DNA of 64,000 nt from Eledone cirrhosa (lineage: Eukaryota): positions 258,168,001 to 258,232,000 of the forward strand of contig OZ024742.1 of NCBI GenBank assembly GCA_964016885.1, written 5' to 3'. Positions 13,885 to 26,689 of the stretch are shown here, in pieces. A program made the position numbers and the translations under genes. Position 1 is the stretch's first letter, and each line of letters opens with the position of its first letter. The notes below the pieces were generated by a model, which was not told the DNA's origin, made no database searches, and saw nothing but the letters and a program-made list of their open reading frames with translations.

Positions 13885-14280
13885 TATAATAAAATAACAG
13901 GAGGCTGGACTGGTGTAATTCCTTAAAAGGTTTATTATACTATGATCATTTCAATGAATGACCGGGTTCAGTATGAATCCTGTGACATCATAAGATATTC
14001 GAAATATAACAAAGGAATATGATAGACAACATCTATGTGGCTGTAAATCAGAGACATGAGGTCGACCGAATATTTAGCAGCTTCTACCCCGGTTGGCCGC
14101 CCTCAAGTCCACCCTCCTGTTATTTTATAATAATTAACTCCGTACTCGCACCACCAACTATACAAACGAAAACGGGTGAGTTGCATTACGTTGAGTGCTT
14201 TTCATAATATTTCATCGAGGTTGACTATACGGAATGACCAGTTCTATCCAGTGGTGAACGAACAAACCTAAGTAAATAAA
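13885..14280. mobile_element. Family G hammerhead-associated element: inverted arm plus sense arm with tail
   Basis: 13885-14030 is the reverse complement of ~48580-48720 (core mutated to CTTATGA); 14105-14280 matches 48690-48860 and 46350-46515. Confidence 0.8.
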
Positions 14281-14301
14281 TATATATATATACATGTGTG
14301 T

Positions 14302-14421
<120 letters not shown>

Positions 14422-14444
14422 CTGTGTCTGTGTATGTGTGTCTG

Positions 14445-14890
14445 CTTCCTTTGTTGACAAGGAAGGGTTATATGATGCATGTGTGAGATGCGCGATGCTG
14501 AACCGTAGTGAGACATGGGCAGAGGTTATGCGACGGATGGAGAGAAATGAAGTAAGTATGCTCCGTTGGATGTGCGTAGACGAGTTGAGAAAGAAACTGG
14601 GTATAAGAGGGATAAGTTGTGGTGTGCAGGAGAGAAGGCTGAGATGGTATGGACATGTGATGCGCATGGAGGATGACCGCTGGGTAAAGAAGTACCCAAG
14701 AAATGCCAGTAGAAGGAAGACGGAGTAGAGGTAGACAACGTAAAACATGGGTGGAGGTGGTGAGAGCAGAAACTCACCGAGAAGATGACGAAGTAACGTG
14801 CCAAGTGGAAAGATGCTGTGCTGAATAGGGCCCGTCCAACCCTTGCAAGCAGAGAAAAGCGGACGTAAAACGATAATGATGATGATGATG
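14445..14890 (+). pseudogene. RTE-clade LINE 3' fragment with (GAT)n tail
   Basis: LYDACVRCAMLNRSETWA..EVSMLRWMC..ERRLRWYGHVMRMEDDRWVKK; ends GGACGTAAAACGATAATGATGATGATG. Confidence 0.85.
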
Positions 14891-15371
14891 TGTTAGTTAA
14901 TGACCGACACTTCAGTCTGCAGTGTAGAGCACGCAACGAAGTATGCGAGCGGGTCTGTTTACTCGAGAGTATATATATCTAAACAGGAAGTACAATTCAA
15001 CAGTTAAAATTAATTCCGTTTATTCATAGTCGCTGTAATATATACTTCGGTGATAACGGTTATGCAACAGCTATGACCTCATGTCAGCTAGAATTAGTTC
15101 TGTTGTTTCGATACAGTGTAAGAAGTAAGGTTTATTTTATCTTTATACTTTTTCTGATTTTTATATTCAAATTCTAGCTGCTGATGGGAACGTAGCGAAG
15201 GTAAAAATACACATCTTTATTTGTATATAATGCACTAAACGAATTAAGAGCTTGATTTTGTCGCTTTATTTGTTTATACACACATCCACACACAAGCACG
15301 AAGACACACACACGCACACACACACAAATATGCATGAGTGTGTGTGTGTGTGCGAATGTGTCTGCGTGTGC

Positions 15372-15424
<53 letters not shown>

Positions 15425-16010
15425 TATCGCACAATCATTTGAACATAAATGATCGACCACTACCCTGTAAAACTCATTATATAATTAAGGTTATTGCACA
15501 ATCCCCCCCCCCCCCTCCTACACTCACACACACTCACATGCACACAACTAACATACTGATAACCAAAAATGCTATGCAAATATCTAGCCTTACTTACATC
15601 CATTTTTAGAATTCTATATTCTAATAAGTTGAGTTCAATAAACTTTTCTGTTTTTCCAAAATGTTTGTTTCAATTTCATAAACAGTTACCCTGTCTCATA
15701 TAAGATGGTGCAGAGTAAACTGGCTTGTAGTAATAGTAGTTATTTTTAAAAAATCAGGTATATGCTAATAATCGTTATGGATTTGGGAGAATCGATTAAA
15801 TTGAAACCAGCACATCAGTGACAGATACAATTTCACCACGAGAATATTCGAAATCAGAATGCATGGCGTCCTAAATGAATATCTCAAAGAATTTTGTCTG
15901 TGTCTCTACTTATCTTGCCCTTCTAATGTCTTTCTATTAACCGTTACAATATATTTGTTACATATATTTTTATTTTAATATATTACTTGCAATAATCATT
16001 TATCATTATT

Positions 16011-16203
16011 AGGGAGGTGGATTGGCAGCATCGGTAGAGCGTCATCATATTTTGCAGCATAGAGTTATGGCAATTTACGTTCTGAGTGCAAATCCCGCCC
16101 AGGTTAGTTTGTCTTTCATCCTTATCGGGTCAATAGAATAAAGCACTGGGGTCGATTTAATCGACTTTCCTCACCCTCTTGTGCCTATAGTAGAAATAAT
16201 TAT
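16011..16203 (+). mobile_element. SINE family A copy (older variant)
   Basis: A/B boxes and central motif present. Confidence 0.8.
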
Positions 16204-17985
16204 TCATCATTATTAACGAAGCAAATTTACTGAAATTATTGTGTTGGTGATTCATTTTAAAGATTATACCACCATTATACTTTTCTTAGTTCACCATCTA
16301 ATTTAGTATTTCTAGTGTCTTGGAATTAAATTCTTACACGTTCGTTCACTGTATGAAGGAGGACAGAGAATGTCAGAATGGATAAGTGGCGCGTTCCGCA
16401 ATCACTTGTGCCTGGGTTCATATTCACTGCATACAATCCTCGGTAAATGTCATTTACCATACTATCAGGCAGACCGATTGATTGTGAATAAACTTATTTA
16501 GATGGAAATTGTGGAGCATTTACATTCACCATTCCACAGATAAATGTGCGCCTCACATAATTTTCAGTGTGATTGATTATCACATGCTGTGTGACAATTT
16601 TCAATCTTTGAAATGCAGGTACAGCACCTCGGACGATCTGTGAAACAGTTTCAATGTACGCAGTTTCATTGACAACCCGAGACTATAGGAAATGACAGTC
16701 GCCCGAGATTCCACTCTAGGGGTTCGGACACAAGAAATAAAGATGGTGACGAAATCTCCTTAAACTTTCAGTTACGCTGCTCTCGCAAACGAAGGTAATG
16801 TCTACAAATCTATATTTAAATATATATTTAAATACGAATTGTGCCAATGTGAGTAGTTCGTATAATAGCCTTCTTTGAGTAACTAGATTGTATTACTCAG
16901 TAGAATAATGAGCATTTAGATTTAGATGGTGTGGTCTTCATACACGATGTATCTCACGACATCTTAATCTTGGCGGAACCTTTCCTGCTACAAATCAGAA
17001 AACAGATGGTTACACCCATATATATATATATATTTATAGAGAGCGACAGCGTGTGTGTGTACATGTGTCTGTGCATGTGTGGGTGTGTGTGGCTGTGTGT
17101 GGTTGAGTGAGCAAGAGAGCGATAGTGTTTTAAACAGAGAAGAAATAACCAAGCCCAGTACTGGAGTGGTACTTTTCTCCTCGAAATCGGATGAATGAAA
17201 CGCAAAAGTGACCTCTATGGGATTTGAGCTTAGAGGATCTATTTTTAAATTGACGCCCTAACGCTCTGTTCATTCGCCGCTATATTATTCATATATGTTT
17301 TTGACAAATTAGACAGAACCACAGGTTCTTAAAAACGAAGAAATCAAAATGAGTGAAATCTCTAAACATTAATGAAATGAAAGATTCTGTCATATTTCTG
17401 CAGAATTATTAATTAGCAATATAATTCTATATTAGTTAGCTGTAATATTGACATGGTGATGTCTCTAAGTACACGTAATATCTTTGGACGGGAATATTGA
17501 TTATAATGACAACTAATGTGAGTTAAAATTTGGTTTCCTTCTCTGTGAAAGAAATCAAAGAAACAGAAACACCTTAAAACAAAACATTATTTGTAAATTC
17601 CTTTGTGTTTAAAGACACTGAAAATTAATTCCATCTAAATGACAAACTCACTTTCAAATTAATGGCTCGATTGAATAAAAAGTTCAATTTTGTGAAATCA
17701 TAATTCAATTTAGAAATCATAATAGAAGAGTGTCACATTTCAAATAAATTTGAAACACTAGAAATGGGATTTAATGTTTTGGCATAAAAATGTATTTAAC
17801 ATTTATTTAAATACCATTTAAATATATTGTTGCACACATTATACTTCATGATAAATACAACAATTTTCCATGGGGAGAATAAATGCTGTAAGGATAAGAT
17901 TATTTAAATTTCACATAAAAACATACATAAAAACATACATAATATTAGAACACACATAACCCTACATATAACAGATTATATATAT

Positions 17986-18372
17986 GGCAGTGGATTGGCA
18001 GTATCGGTAGCGGGTCGGATGCCATGCTTTCCAGCATAGTTACGTCCCTTAATCCCTTAACGAATTGAGTTCAAATCCCGCCGAGGTTGACTTTGCCTTT
18101 CATCCTTAAGGGGTCGATAAAATAAAGTACCAGTAATGCACTGGGTAATTGCTGGCCTTGTGCCAACAAGTAGAAACAATTATATATATGGATTGGCAGT
18201 ATCGGTAGAGGGTCGGACGCCATGCTTTGACGCAAAGAGTTACGTCTCTTTACGATCTGAGTTTAAATCCCGCCGAGGTTAACTTTGCCTTTCATCCTTA
18301 CGGGGTCGATAAAATAAAGTACCAGTAATGTACTGGTTTGTTGCTGGCCTTGTGTCAAAAGTAGAAACAATT
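17986..18372 (+). mobile_element. Two head-to-tail SINE family A copies (17986-18181, 18189-18372)
   Basis: Two complete units separated by TATATATAT. Confidence 0.9.
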
Positions 18373-18654
18373 ATATATATGTACATATCTACTTATATCT
18401 ATGAATATACAGAATGGATTACTGAGACTACACCATTAGGTATATAAAGAAACATATTTCAATTAAAAAACATGCCGGCAATTTCGAATTTCCCCCTAAA
18501 ATAAAAAAAAAGGATTAAAAGCAATTAATCCATTTTTGAACCAAGTTGGTCTGTATATCATCAATACAACCACACGAAAACGTATATGTGATTGGATTTT
18601 ATACCTATTCGTTCAAAGTAGTATTTTGAAATGAACTTATTAATATGCTTATAA

Positions 18655-19540
18655 CACTGGTCCACAACCAAATTGTTTCTGGGAGCAGAGTCGCAATTTC
18701 CAATTAATGTTAGGCGCTGTTAATAAATATCATGTTTAGAACTCTTTGTTAGCTCTAATTTTCAACATATATGTACGTGTCACAGCAGAATCCAAAAGGC
18801 ATGTATCAGTGTGTTTCTTACCACATTCACAGTCCCACTTCCCTTCAGCATTGATCCCGCAGTCGTAGGAGGTAGTAATGCTGTGCTTCTTTATATATTG
18901 AGGTGAAAGGTAGGTGATTTTCCGAGTCAAACACATTTTCATAGCAAGCTATTTATATGTATGTGAGGCATTTTCTATTAATTATATTTTCCTACTGAAT
19001 GATATAAATACTTCTTCTAAGCTGTCATCCCCTCTATTATAATGATAAAGTTATGAATTAATTTTCTGTTTATTTTTTAATTGTTTGTTGTTTTCTTTTT
19101 AATGATGCCTAGCACATGTGTGAATAAGGCAGACAACTTCTTCTATATTTGTGGGTAGCTGACCTTTGCAACACAAAAGCACCTTATAACTGCCATGGTT
19201 TGAAAAGCATATCACCTATATTTTGGCTGTAAGTTAGGCGATCATGATAAGAAGAGGGCTCCTCACATATGCTACTACACATCTCCTACTAACTTTCACC
19301 AATGATTGAACAGGAAGCGAAAAGGAATGCGTTTTGCTGTACCAATGACGTGGCGGGGGTCATCAGGCCATAAAAACAATTGTTATTTCTGCATAGTACC
19401 TTCAGTAAAAAAGGGCTCGTCAGAGAAGAAAAAGAAGTCCAATGAATATCCAAAGATTCCATCAGCTTTTCACCCAGTTCCATATTGAGAAGTTGTATCT
19501 GTTGAACTATTTAGGTTCAACATTCGAGCAAACGTAGAGA
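18655..19540 (+). mobile_element. Chapaev3-like (CMC superfamily) DNA transposon, 5' remnant
   Basis: 19102-19488 reads, with stops, CVNKADNFFYICG..KAYHLYFGCKLGDHDKKRAPHIC..MRFAVPMTWR..NCYFC..YPKIPSAFHPVP, the Cys-rich N-terminus I associate with Chapaev3 transposases; candidate terminus CACTGG at 18655. Confidence 0.65.
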
Positions 19541-19560
19541 GAATTATTATTATTATTATT

Positions 19561-20479
19561 GTTCTTTGAGTCTCAGTCATTAATATTACTTAACTGGAAA
19601 GTTTGTTGAAATCAATATCAAGCCACTACCTGCAGCCTCAGATATTCAGGACGTATCGGAAGGTTATTGCTGTTCCCAGCGAGCATGCCTTTTCAAGAGT
19701 TCCAAAAAGCGTGCCGGTGCCAATTTTCTTTAACCATCCCTGGACACTTTTTGAGATAGTACCTAGTGCGCCTATGACAATCGGGACCACTTTGGTGGCA
19801 GTTCCAAATCCTTTTTACCTCCCACTTTAAGTCCTGGTATCGGTTAATTTTCTCCCTCTCCTTCTCTTGCACTCTCGTGTCGAATGGGCAGGCCACATCC
19901 ACAATCAGGCACGATCTTTTTTCCTTGTCCAAAACCACCAGGCCAGGTCTATTGTGTTCCAGTTGCTTCTCCGGCTGTATCCTAAAATCCCACAGCACCT
20001 TCACCTGATCGTTTTCTATCACCGCCTCTGGCTTATGCTCATACCACTTCTCAGAATGTGATAAATTGTTTACTTTGCATAGGTGCCAGTGGATCACCCT
20101 GCCCATCACATCATGTCTCCAGCCCTTATAGTGAGTCTGGGATGGGTGTTTACACTCGGATACAATGTGAGCCACAGTCTCCTGTCTCTCTCCACAGATC
20201 CTGCACAGTGGGCTAGCCTCCTCCATGTATATATGGTGTTTCAACCACTTCGTTTTGAGGGCCTGCTCTTGCGCGGCTATTAGCATTCCTTCTGTAGTTT
20301 TTTTAAGGTCTCCTCTTTTCAACCAGTTCCATGTCTGTGGATCTCTGAATTCAGTTTTCTCAAAGAAGGTACTATGAAGGGATTTTTCATGAAGGCTGCT
20401 CTTTCTCCTTGTTATTTCCTCCTTGGACATCCCCTGGTCTATTGTCCTCTCCTTCAGTACAATTCTGAGCATTGGCTCA

Positions 20480-20481
<2 letters not shown>
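19561..20481 (-). mobile_element. 5'-truncated R4/Dong-clade non-LTR retrotransposon (CCHC plus restriction-like endonuclease)
   Basis: ORF 19693-20472: TEGMLIAAQEQAL..CRICGERQETVAHIVSEC..RHD..WDFRIQ..HNRPGLVV..IVDVACPFD..EKINRYQDL; (TAA)n on both sides. Confidence 0.9.
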
Positions 20482-20556
<75 letters not shown>

Positions 20557-20764
20557 GGCGACCTACGTAGTAAATCGTATCATCGTGAGCTCCGCAAAGG
20601 TTTGTTATTTCCGTTTGTTAAAAATTGCCATTTATGGAAAATTTTATTGTTAACTGTTTATAAGCACACATACATTGTTTACCGAAAAGGACACCCCAAA
20701 AGATTGGGGCCTTGTGCCCAAAATTTTAACTTTTATTATTATCCAAAAATTTCTTTGAAAAAAA

Positions 20765-22757
20765 ATGGCTAATTCCCCTCTGCAAGAAGCAGCTGAAAGC
20801 CTTCCTCACAAAATAACACCTCACACCGACACCACCATTGTAAATGTTACTACGTTTACGAACACAAAAAAAAATATAAGCAGTAGCAATATTTTAAATT
20901 TGTCTCAGGCAGACATTCATTTCCCGCCATTACCAATGACTGCAGGTGTTAAAGCCTCCACCACCACCACCACCGCGACAACCACCACCCCCACCACCAC
21001 CGCGACAACAGAAACAAAAGAAGAAAAAAATAAATTAACTCGTGATGTCGAAATGAAATCAAGCAAAATGGACGCTTCCGCACCAAAGACGAATGACGTC
21101 ACCACCACCACAACTGAAACAAAAATTAAGATTAACACAAATAACGATAGCAACAACAACAACAATGACATTATAAAACCGACCCTCAGTTTCGCCATCG
21201 TAGCAAAACAATTCGAAGCGTTCACGGTAACTCAAGAAGATTTAGAAAATGCCAAACAAATGGTAAAGAAAGATGGGTACAGGGTCAGCCTCACCCCCCC
21301 CCCCCCCCCCACCTAATCAAATGGAGCATCGGCGCCTGTGCACCGTATCGTATAGAACAATAAATGTAAAATCGCGCCGAGTGGAACGGGCATCCGAGTC
21401 CCAAATCCAAAAAGCTTTGGGACATGTGTGGGCAAGAAAAACCCACATCAGACGTGGGCAAAAGTATGGAACCGTGGATGTGTTCTTTGAAACACCAGAG
21501 GAGACTAGAGAACACTCCATGGCCCCATTAAAAAGTGACGACCTCACACTCGTCCCAAGCTATTGTGGCCAGAGACTCGTAAAGATCAGGGTGACCCACG
21601 TTCCACCGGCCATCGAAATTCCCTGGCTAATAGCGGCTGTCCTCGCCGGCATCGAAGCCAACACGAAAATAATAGCAGTAGCAAAAGAAAAGCAGGAAAA
21701 CTGGTCCGGATCTGGGATGGAGCTCCTGATCCAAGCGGACCAAAAAAGCATTGAGGAGATCCCAGAGGTAATAGACCTCACTGACGGCAGCCACCTCACG
21801 GTAATTGTCGAGGGCAGAAGACCTAGGTGTGTCGTTTGTGGTGAAGGAACCCACCTAAGGGCTTTCTGCCCTCAGGCTAAAAGGTTGAGGCCACCTCTCC
21901 TACCCACCCCAGTGACACAACCATCAACACCACCAGTAGCAGAGATGGCAGCAACAACTGTAGCAGCAACAACAGAAGCAACTATAACAGCAACAACCCC
22001 AGCAACAGTAGCAAAACCAACACCACTACCACCACCAGCAAAACCAACACCACCACCACCCAACGCTTCAGAACTAGCAACAGCGCCTACACCATCCACC
22101 ACACGACAACCAAAACTAACGGCTGTGGAGGATTTTCCACTCCCCGGCCTATCACAACTGGAGACAGATTGTGACGACGAGGAGTGGGAAACGATATCCG
22201 GAAGAAAAAAAAGAAACCAAAAAAGAAAAAATTCTCTTCCTTCCCCCTCCAAAAACAAAATACAGAGGGAAACAAATAAACTAAGAAACAAAAAGGTTAG
22301 GACAGATATGCCACCATCCACACCAGCATCACCAACCCCATCAACCCAAACACCAACACCATCACCATCATTATCCCCAGCACCACCATCACCTACACCA
22401 CAAAAGTCACCAAAATGCGAAACAGAAACAAACCCACAACAAACGCAAACAAAACAAAACAACCAAAACGATACACACTACACAGCATTAAATTTGAACA
22501 ACAAGCAATTATTACACTACATCCAACACAACACCAGCATCACAGAAAAAGACTACACAACAACCCCAAAATTCACACCACCTCCACACATACAAATCAC
22601 TCGCATCACACAGAAAACGTACATGACACTAAAACAAAAATTCCCCAAAGACATCGGAGACTTCCGACAAGCACTCTCCAGGAGGATTTATAAGGACATC
22701 CTTCCTGAGGAGGCCACAAGCAGTGAAAAGGATGGAAAAGCCGTCCTTCCCCTATGA
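20765..22757 (+). CDS. LINE ORF1 (RRM-like region, CCHC zinc knuckle, Pro/Thr-rich region, basic patch); frameshift at the C17 run
   Basis: ORFs 20765-21316 and 21273-22757 overlap at poly-C 21294-21310; RPRCVVCGEGTHLRAFCP = CX2CX4HX4C. Confidence 0.8.
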
Positions 22758-22803
22758 GAAGTAAGGTAAGTGGTCTTTCCCATCTTTTCCACTCCTTTTC
22801 AAC

Positions 22804-25528
22804 ATGACCTCACTCAGAATAGGCAGCATAAATGCGCGTGGCTTGGGGTCGTCATGGAAGCAGGGCCACCTGCTCAACGACCTCAGGTCACTAAACATAG
22901 ATGTAGTGGCCATCAGCGAGACCAGAATCTCCGAAGCACAGGCTTTCGCACCGATCTTCGGCGGCTACGATGTGTACGCATCACCCAGCCGTCCGGGATC
23001 GGGGGGAGGAGTTGCTGTGCTTTTTCGGAGAGGTTTGGATCTTGCCATACGGGCCATCTTCCTGGACCCAGAAGGTAAGTTGGTGGTGCTGGACGTGACC
23101 AGCGGAGACGGGCAAGCTTTCAGGTTAGTGGCTGTCTATGCCCCGACAGGAGCAGGGCGGCCTGATTTCTTCCGGCGTCCGGAGACCTTTCTTGGAACGT
23201 CCCGCTCTTTAGTGTTAGTGGGCGACTGGAACGGGATCTTAGATGCACGCTGGGATTGTGTGGGATTAGTGGATAGGAAAGGAGGGTGCAAGAGTCTCAC
23301 CAACCTGCTCAGACGTTTTGAACTGTCTGACAGGTACCGAATGGATTTCCCGAATGTACCAATGTGGACTTGGACAAATCGCATAGGGTCATCCAGATCA
23401 TATCTAGATAGAGTATTTTGTAGGGAAATAGATAGGTCTAGCATAGGCTGTCCACAATTCAAGATAATCAGCTACACGGACCACAAGTTCGTGATCTGTG
23501 TGCTTGACTTAGATAGGCTTCATAGACGAGGAGCCGGCTACTGGAAGCTAAACGCGTCTTTACCAGCGCGCAAGGCCTACAGAGACCGGATTAGCGAACT
23601 AGTTAAGCGGGCGTTGACGGGGGCCATTGTCAACAACAAGTGGTAGTTTGCTCTGAAAAGAGCAATTAGAATAGAGTCCATTAGGTTTAGTAAGACTTTA
23701 GCAATAGAGAAAAATAGAGCAGAGGGAGAATTAGTTAGAAAATTAGATGAGGCGCTTAGCAAAGGCATCGCGACCGACGTACTTGCGGCGAAATTGGCCC
23801 TTGACCAATTCTTCAATGCAAAGCACGAAGGCTGCGTTGTCAGAGCTAGGGTGCGTGCTCTCAGACACGAGGGGACGAAAGCCGTTCAATGGGCCCGAGT
23901 GGCGGAGGCGCGCATGTGGCAACAAAGCCACGATCCGGTCTTTGGTGGACCACGACGGGCGCATGCTACTCGATCCCGGGCAAATGTGTGAAGCTTTTCA
24001 GCGACACTTCGCTCAACTGTTCGGGGGAAGTGGCGGGCCGGATCGAGGGATGGACTTTAGTGTCTACCTCGACGGACTGCCGCGGCTTTCGGCCAGTGAG
24101 GCGGAGTGTTGCGAAAAGCCGATAACAACCGCTGAAGTACGGGATGCAATGACTAGTTGCACAAGGGGTAAATCGCCTGGTTTGGATGGTCTGCCCTATG
24201 AACTTTACGTACAAATGCCATACTTGTTCGGAGGCCTCTTGGCGGACGTCTACTGCAACTGGCAACAGAACGGGAGAATTCCCAGCTCTGTGAGCCGAGG
24301 AGCGGTGGCGCTGCTGAGAAAGGATCCGAACAAGGGGGATAACATAGATAATTTTAGGCCCATAACTCTGCTAAACACAGAGTTCAAGATTTTGGCCAAG
24401 GTGCTAGCAAAGAGGTTGGCGCTTGTCGTTGGTGGTCTGGTGGGAGAGGCGCAGACATGCGCCATTCCCGACAGATCCATCCACGACAACCTCCACCTCA
24501 TGCGATACATCGTAGAGAGGGTAGCTAAGGAACCTGGCACGGGTGGGTCCTTGATCAATTTAGATCAGTCGAAAGCTTTCGATAGGGTCGACCATCGTTA
24601 CCTAGCGGCAGTCTTGAGGGCGGCTGGCTTTGGGCCCGTCTTCAGAGGCTGGATCGCTGCCATGCACAGCGACATCTGCTCTGTGGTGAGAGTGAACGGT
24701 CACCTGTCGGAACCGTTCAACATCATGCGCTCGGTCCGCCAAGGATGTCCCCTCTCGTCCCTCTTGTACGTATTGACTCTCGAGCCATTACTGCACAAAC
24801 TGGAGACATTGAGGGGAGTCCCGCGCGAACTAGGATGCGGAAGATCCGTGTCAGCATATGCGGACGATGTCACCGTAGTGGTGTCGAACGCCAAACACAT
24901 CGAGGCGATCGGCACTACACTAAGAGAATACGAAGCGGTGACAGGAGCAATGATCAACCAGGAAAAGTCAGTGGGCCTGCAGCTCGGCACCTGGAGAGGC
25001 AGGTCAATGCCGTCCAACAGCGTCGTCGGACGCTGGACGGACGGACCGGTTAAATTGCTAGGGGTCTGGTTCGGTCCGGACCTCCAGACGGACAAAAACT
25101 GGGACGAGGTGACGAGCAGGGTGGCTTCTCTCACCCAGAATTGGGCGGAGAGGAAGCTATCGCTGAAAGGTCGAGCGGAGGTGGCTAACGCGTACATCGC
25201 GTCTGTCATCTGCTACCGCCTGACCGTCGTACCTTGTCCTATGCCTCGCCTGACTGCGCTGGAGCGTTTGCTCTTTCGCTTTTTGTGGAAGGGACGTGCT
25301 CCGATGGTCAGGCGGTCCATCTGTTGTCAACAGCCGCTACGTGGAGGGCTGGGCATGCCGTGGCTGATGATGCGCAGGCACGCGCTCAGGCTACGACATC
25401 TCCACCTCTTCCTCGACGGTGATCAGGTGTGGTCGCCGTTTGCTAGACACGTATTTCCTCTGCTCGTTTCCTTGACGGAGCTGCAGTCCTGGGTCAAGCG
25501 AAGACCGAGAGGGATTAACCCTGATTAA
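22804..25528 (+). pseudogene. LINE ORF2: AP endonuclease plus reverse transcriptase, disrupted
   Basis: SINARGL, SET, VYAP, GDWN, YLDRVF, TDH (APE); KSPGLDGLP, FRPITLLN, DQSKAFDRV, VRQGCPLS, YADD (RT); TAG at 23644, frameshift near 23910, C-terminal deletion near 25510. Confidence 0.93.
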
Positions 25529-25941
25529 CTTTTTCAAATTTCATTTGAAAAGGAAAATCAGGGTAGAAAGGGAAGTGCTCTCCTCCCAGCATTTTGTTGA
25601 AAGATGGGTGTGAGAGGCAAGAATGGCCCGAGTGAATGGGCCTACTCTGAGTATGTGTCTGTAAATTAAAGGTGGAAAACTGGGAGAGAGAACTTGACCT
25701 GGTGGTAAGGGTCACTGTGCTTTTTAATGGGCTTTCTCAACGAATGTCCCTCGGAAGTCGCCCGCCTACTGGGGAATTTTTTCATTGTTCTATTATTACA
25801 TCCTCTGTTTCTTGTTTTTTACACGCAGAAATGCCCATTTGTACCGCCCTGTATTGTCCTGTACTGTCCTTAATGTCTACTTTATGTAGACCCTTGTGGT
25901 TAATAAAGAAAGCATTATTATTATTATTATTATTATTATTA

Positions 25942-26120
25942 TGAATTGGCAGTATTGGTAGAGGGTCAGACATGCTTTCCAGCGTAGTTACCCCCCTTTA
26001 CGATCTGAGTTCAAATCCCGCCGAGGTTAACTTTGCCTTTCATCCTTACGTGGTTGATAAGATATAGTACTAGTAATGTACTGGGTTATTTATGGCCTTG
26101 TGCCAAAAGTAGAAACAATT
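25942..26120 (+). mobile_element. SINE family A copy
   Basis: A/B boxes; ends in (ATT)n. Confidence 0.88.
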
Positions 26121-26179
26121 ATTATTATTATTATTATCATTATTGCTGTTGTTGTTTTTGATGTTGTTATTTTTGTTAT

Positions 26180-26600
26180 TGTTAGTTTATTCGCTGAGTC
26201 CATTGTGAAGATTATTCCGCCACCTTTCTTTATCCGAGAAGAGAAGGGAATTTTTATCTAACAGGTGGCTATATAGTATACACGTTTGAAAGAGTTGAAG
26301 CCCTGATTAACTTTTTCAGGTGTCACCTAAACAGGAAAATCTCGGTGGAGAAAGATGAGCCGCCTTCCATCTAGTTTGTTGAAAGGTGTGTGTGAGTGAT
26401 GAGCTTCGCCCAACTGAATAAGCCTACTCTGAGTATGCGCCTGTAGATTGAAAGACACATGAGAGAGGATTCTGGCCTTGTGGTCAGGATAACCATGCTT
26501 TTTTGTGGACTTTTTTCCAAGAGAGAAATTCGGAAGTCAGCATACTTTTGCGGAATTTTTTGATGTTTGAATTTTTGCGTTTTTTTCTTGTTGTTTTTAA
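26180..26600 (+). mobile_element. Older 3' fragment of the same L1/Tx1-like family
   Basis: CCCTGATTAACTTTTTCA..GGAAAATC..TTTGTTGAAAG..GCCTACTCTGAGTATG matches 25519-25760. Confidence 0.75.
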
Positions 26601-26689
26601 TATTTTACTCGTAAAAACCCACATTTTACCATTCTTGTTATTGCTGTTCTTCTTTCTCTTAATATTATCATCATCACATCTACCACCAA

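Larger units (their letters stand above)
20557..25914 (+). mobile_element. Near-full-length L1/Tx1-clade LINE inserted in (ATT)n
   Basis: 5' UTR, ORF1, ORF2 (APE+RT), 3' UTR ending TTAATAAAGAAAGC; (ATT)n immediately on both sides. Confidence 0.92.

Noticed and set aside
21291-25422. Overlapping and antisense ORFs within the LINE
   Set aside because: Expected shadows of GC-rich ORF1/ORF2 with no independent motifs
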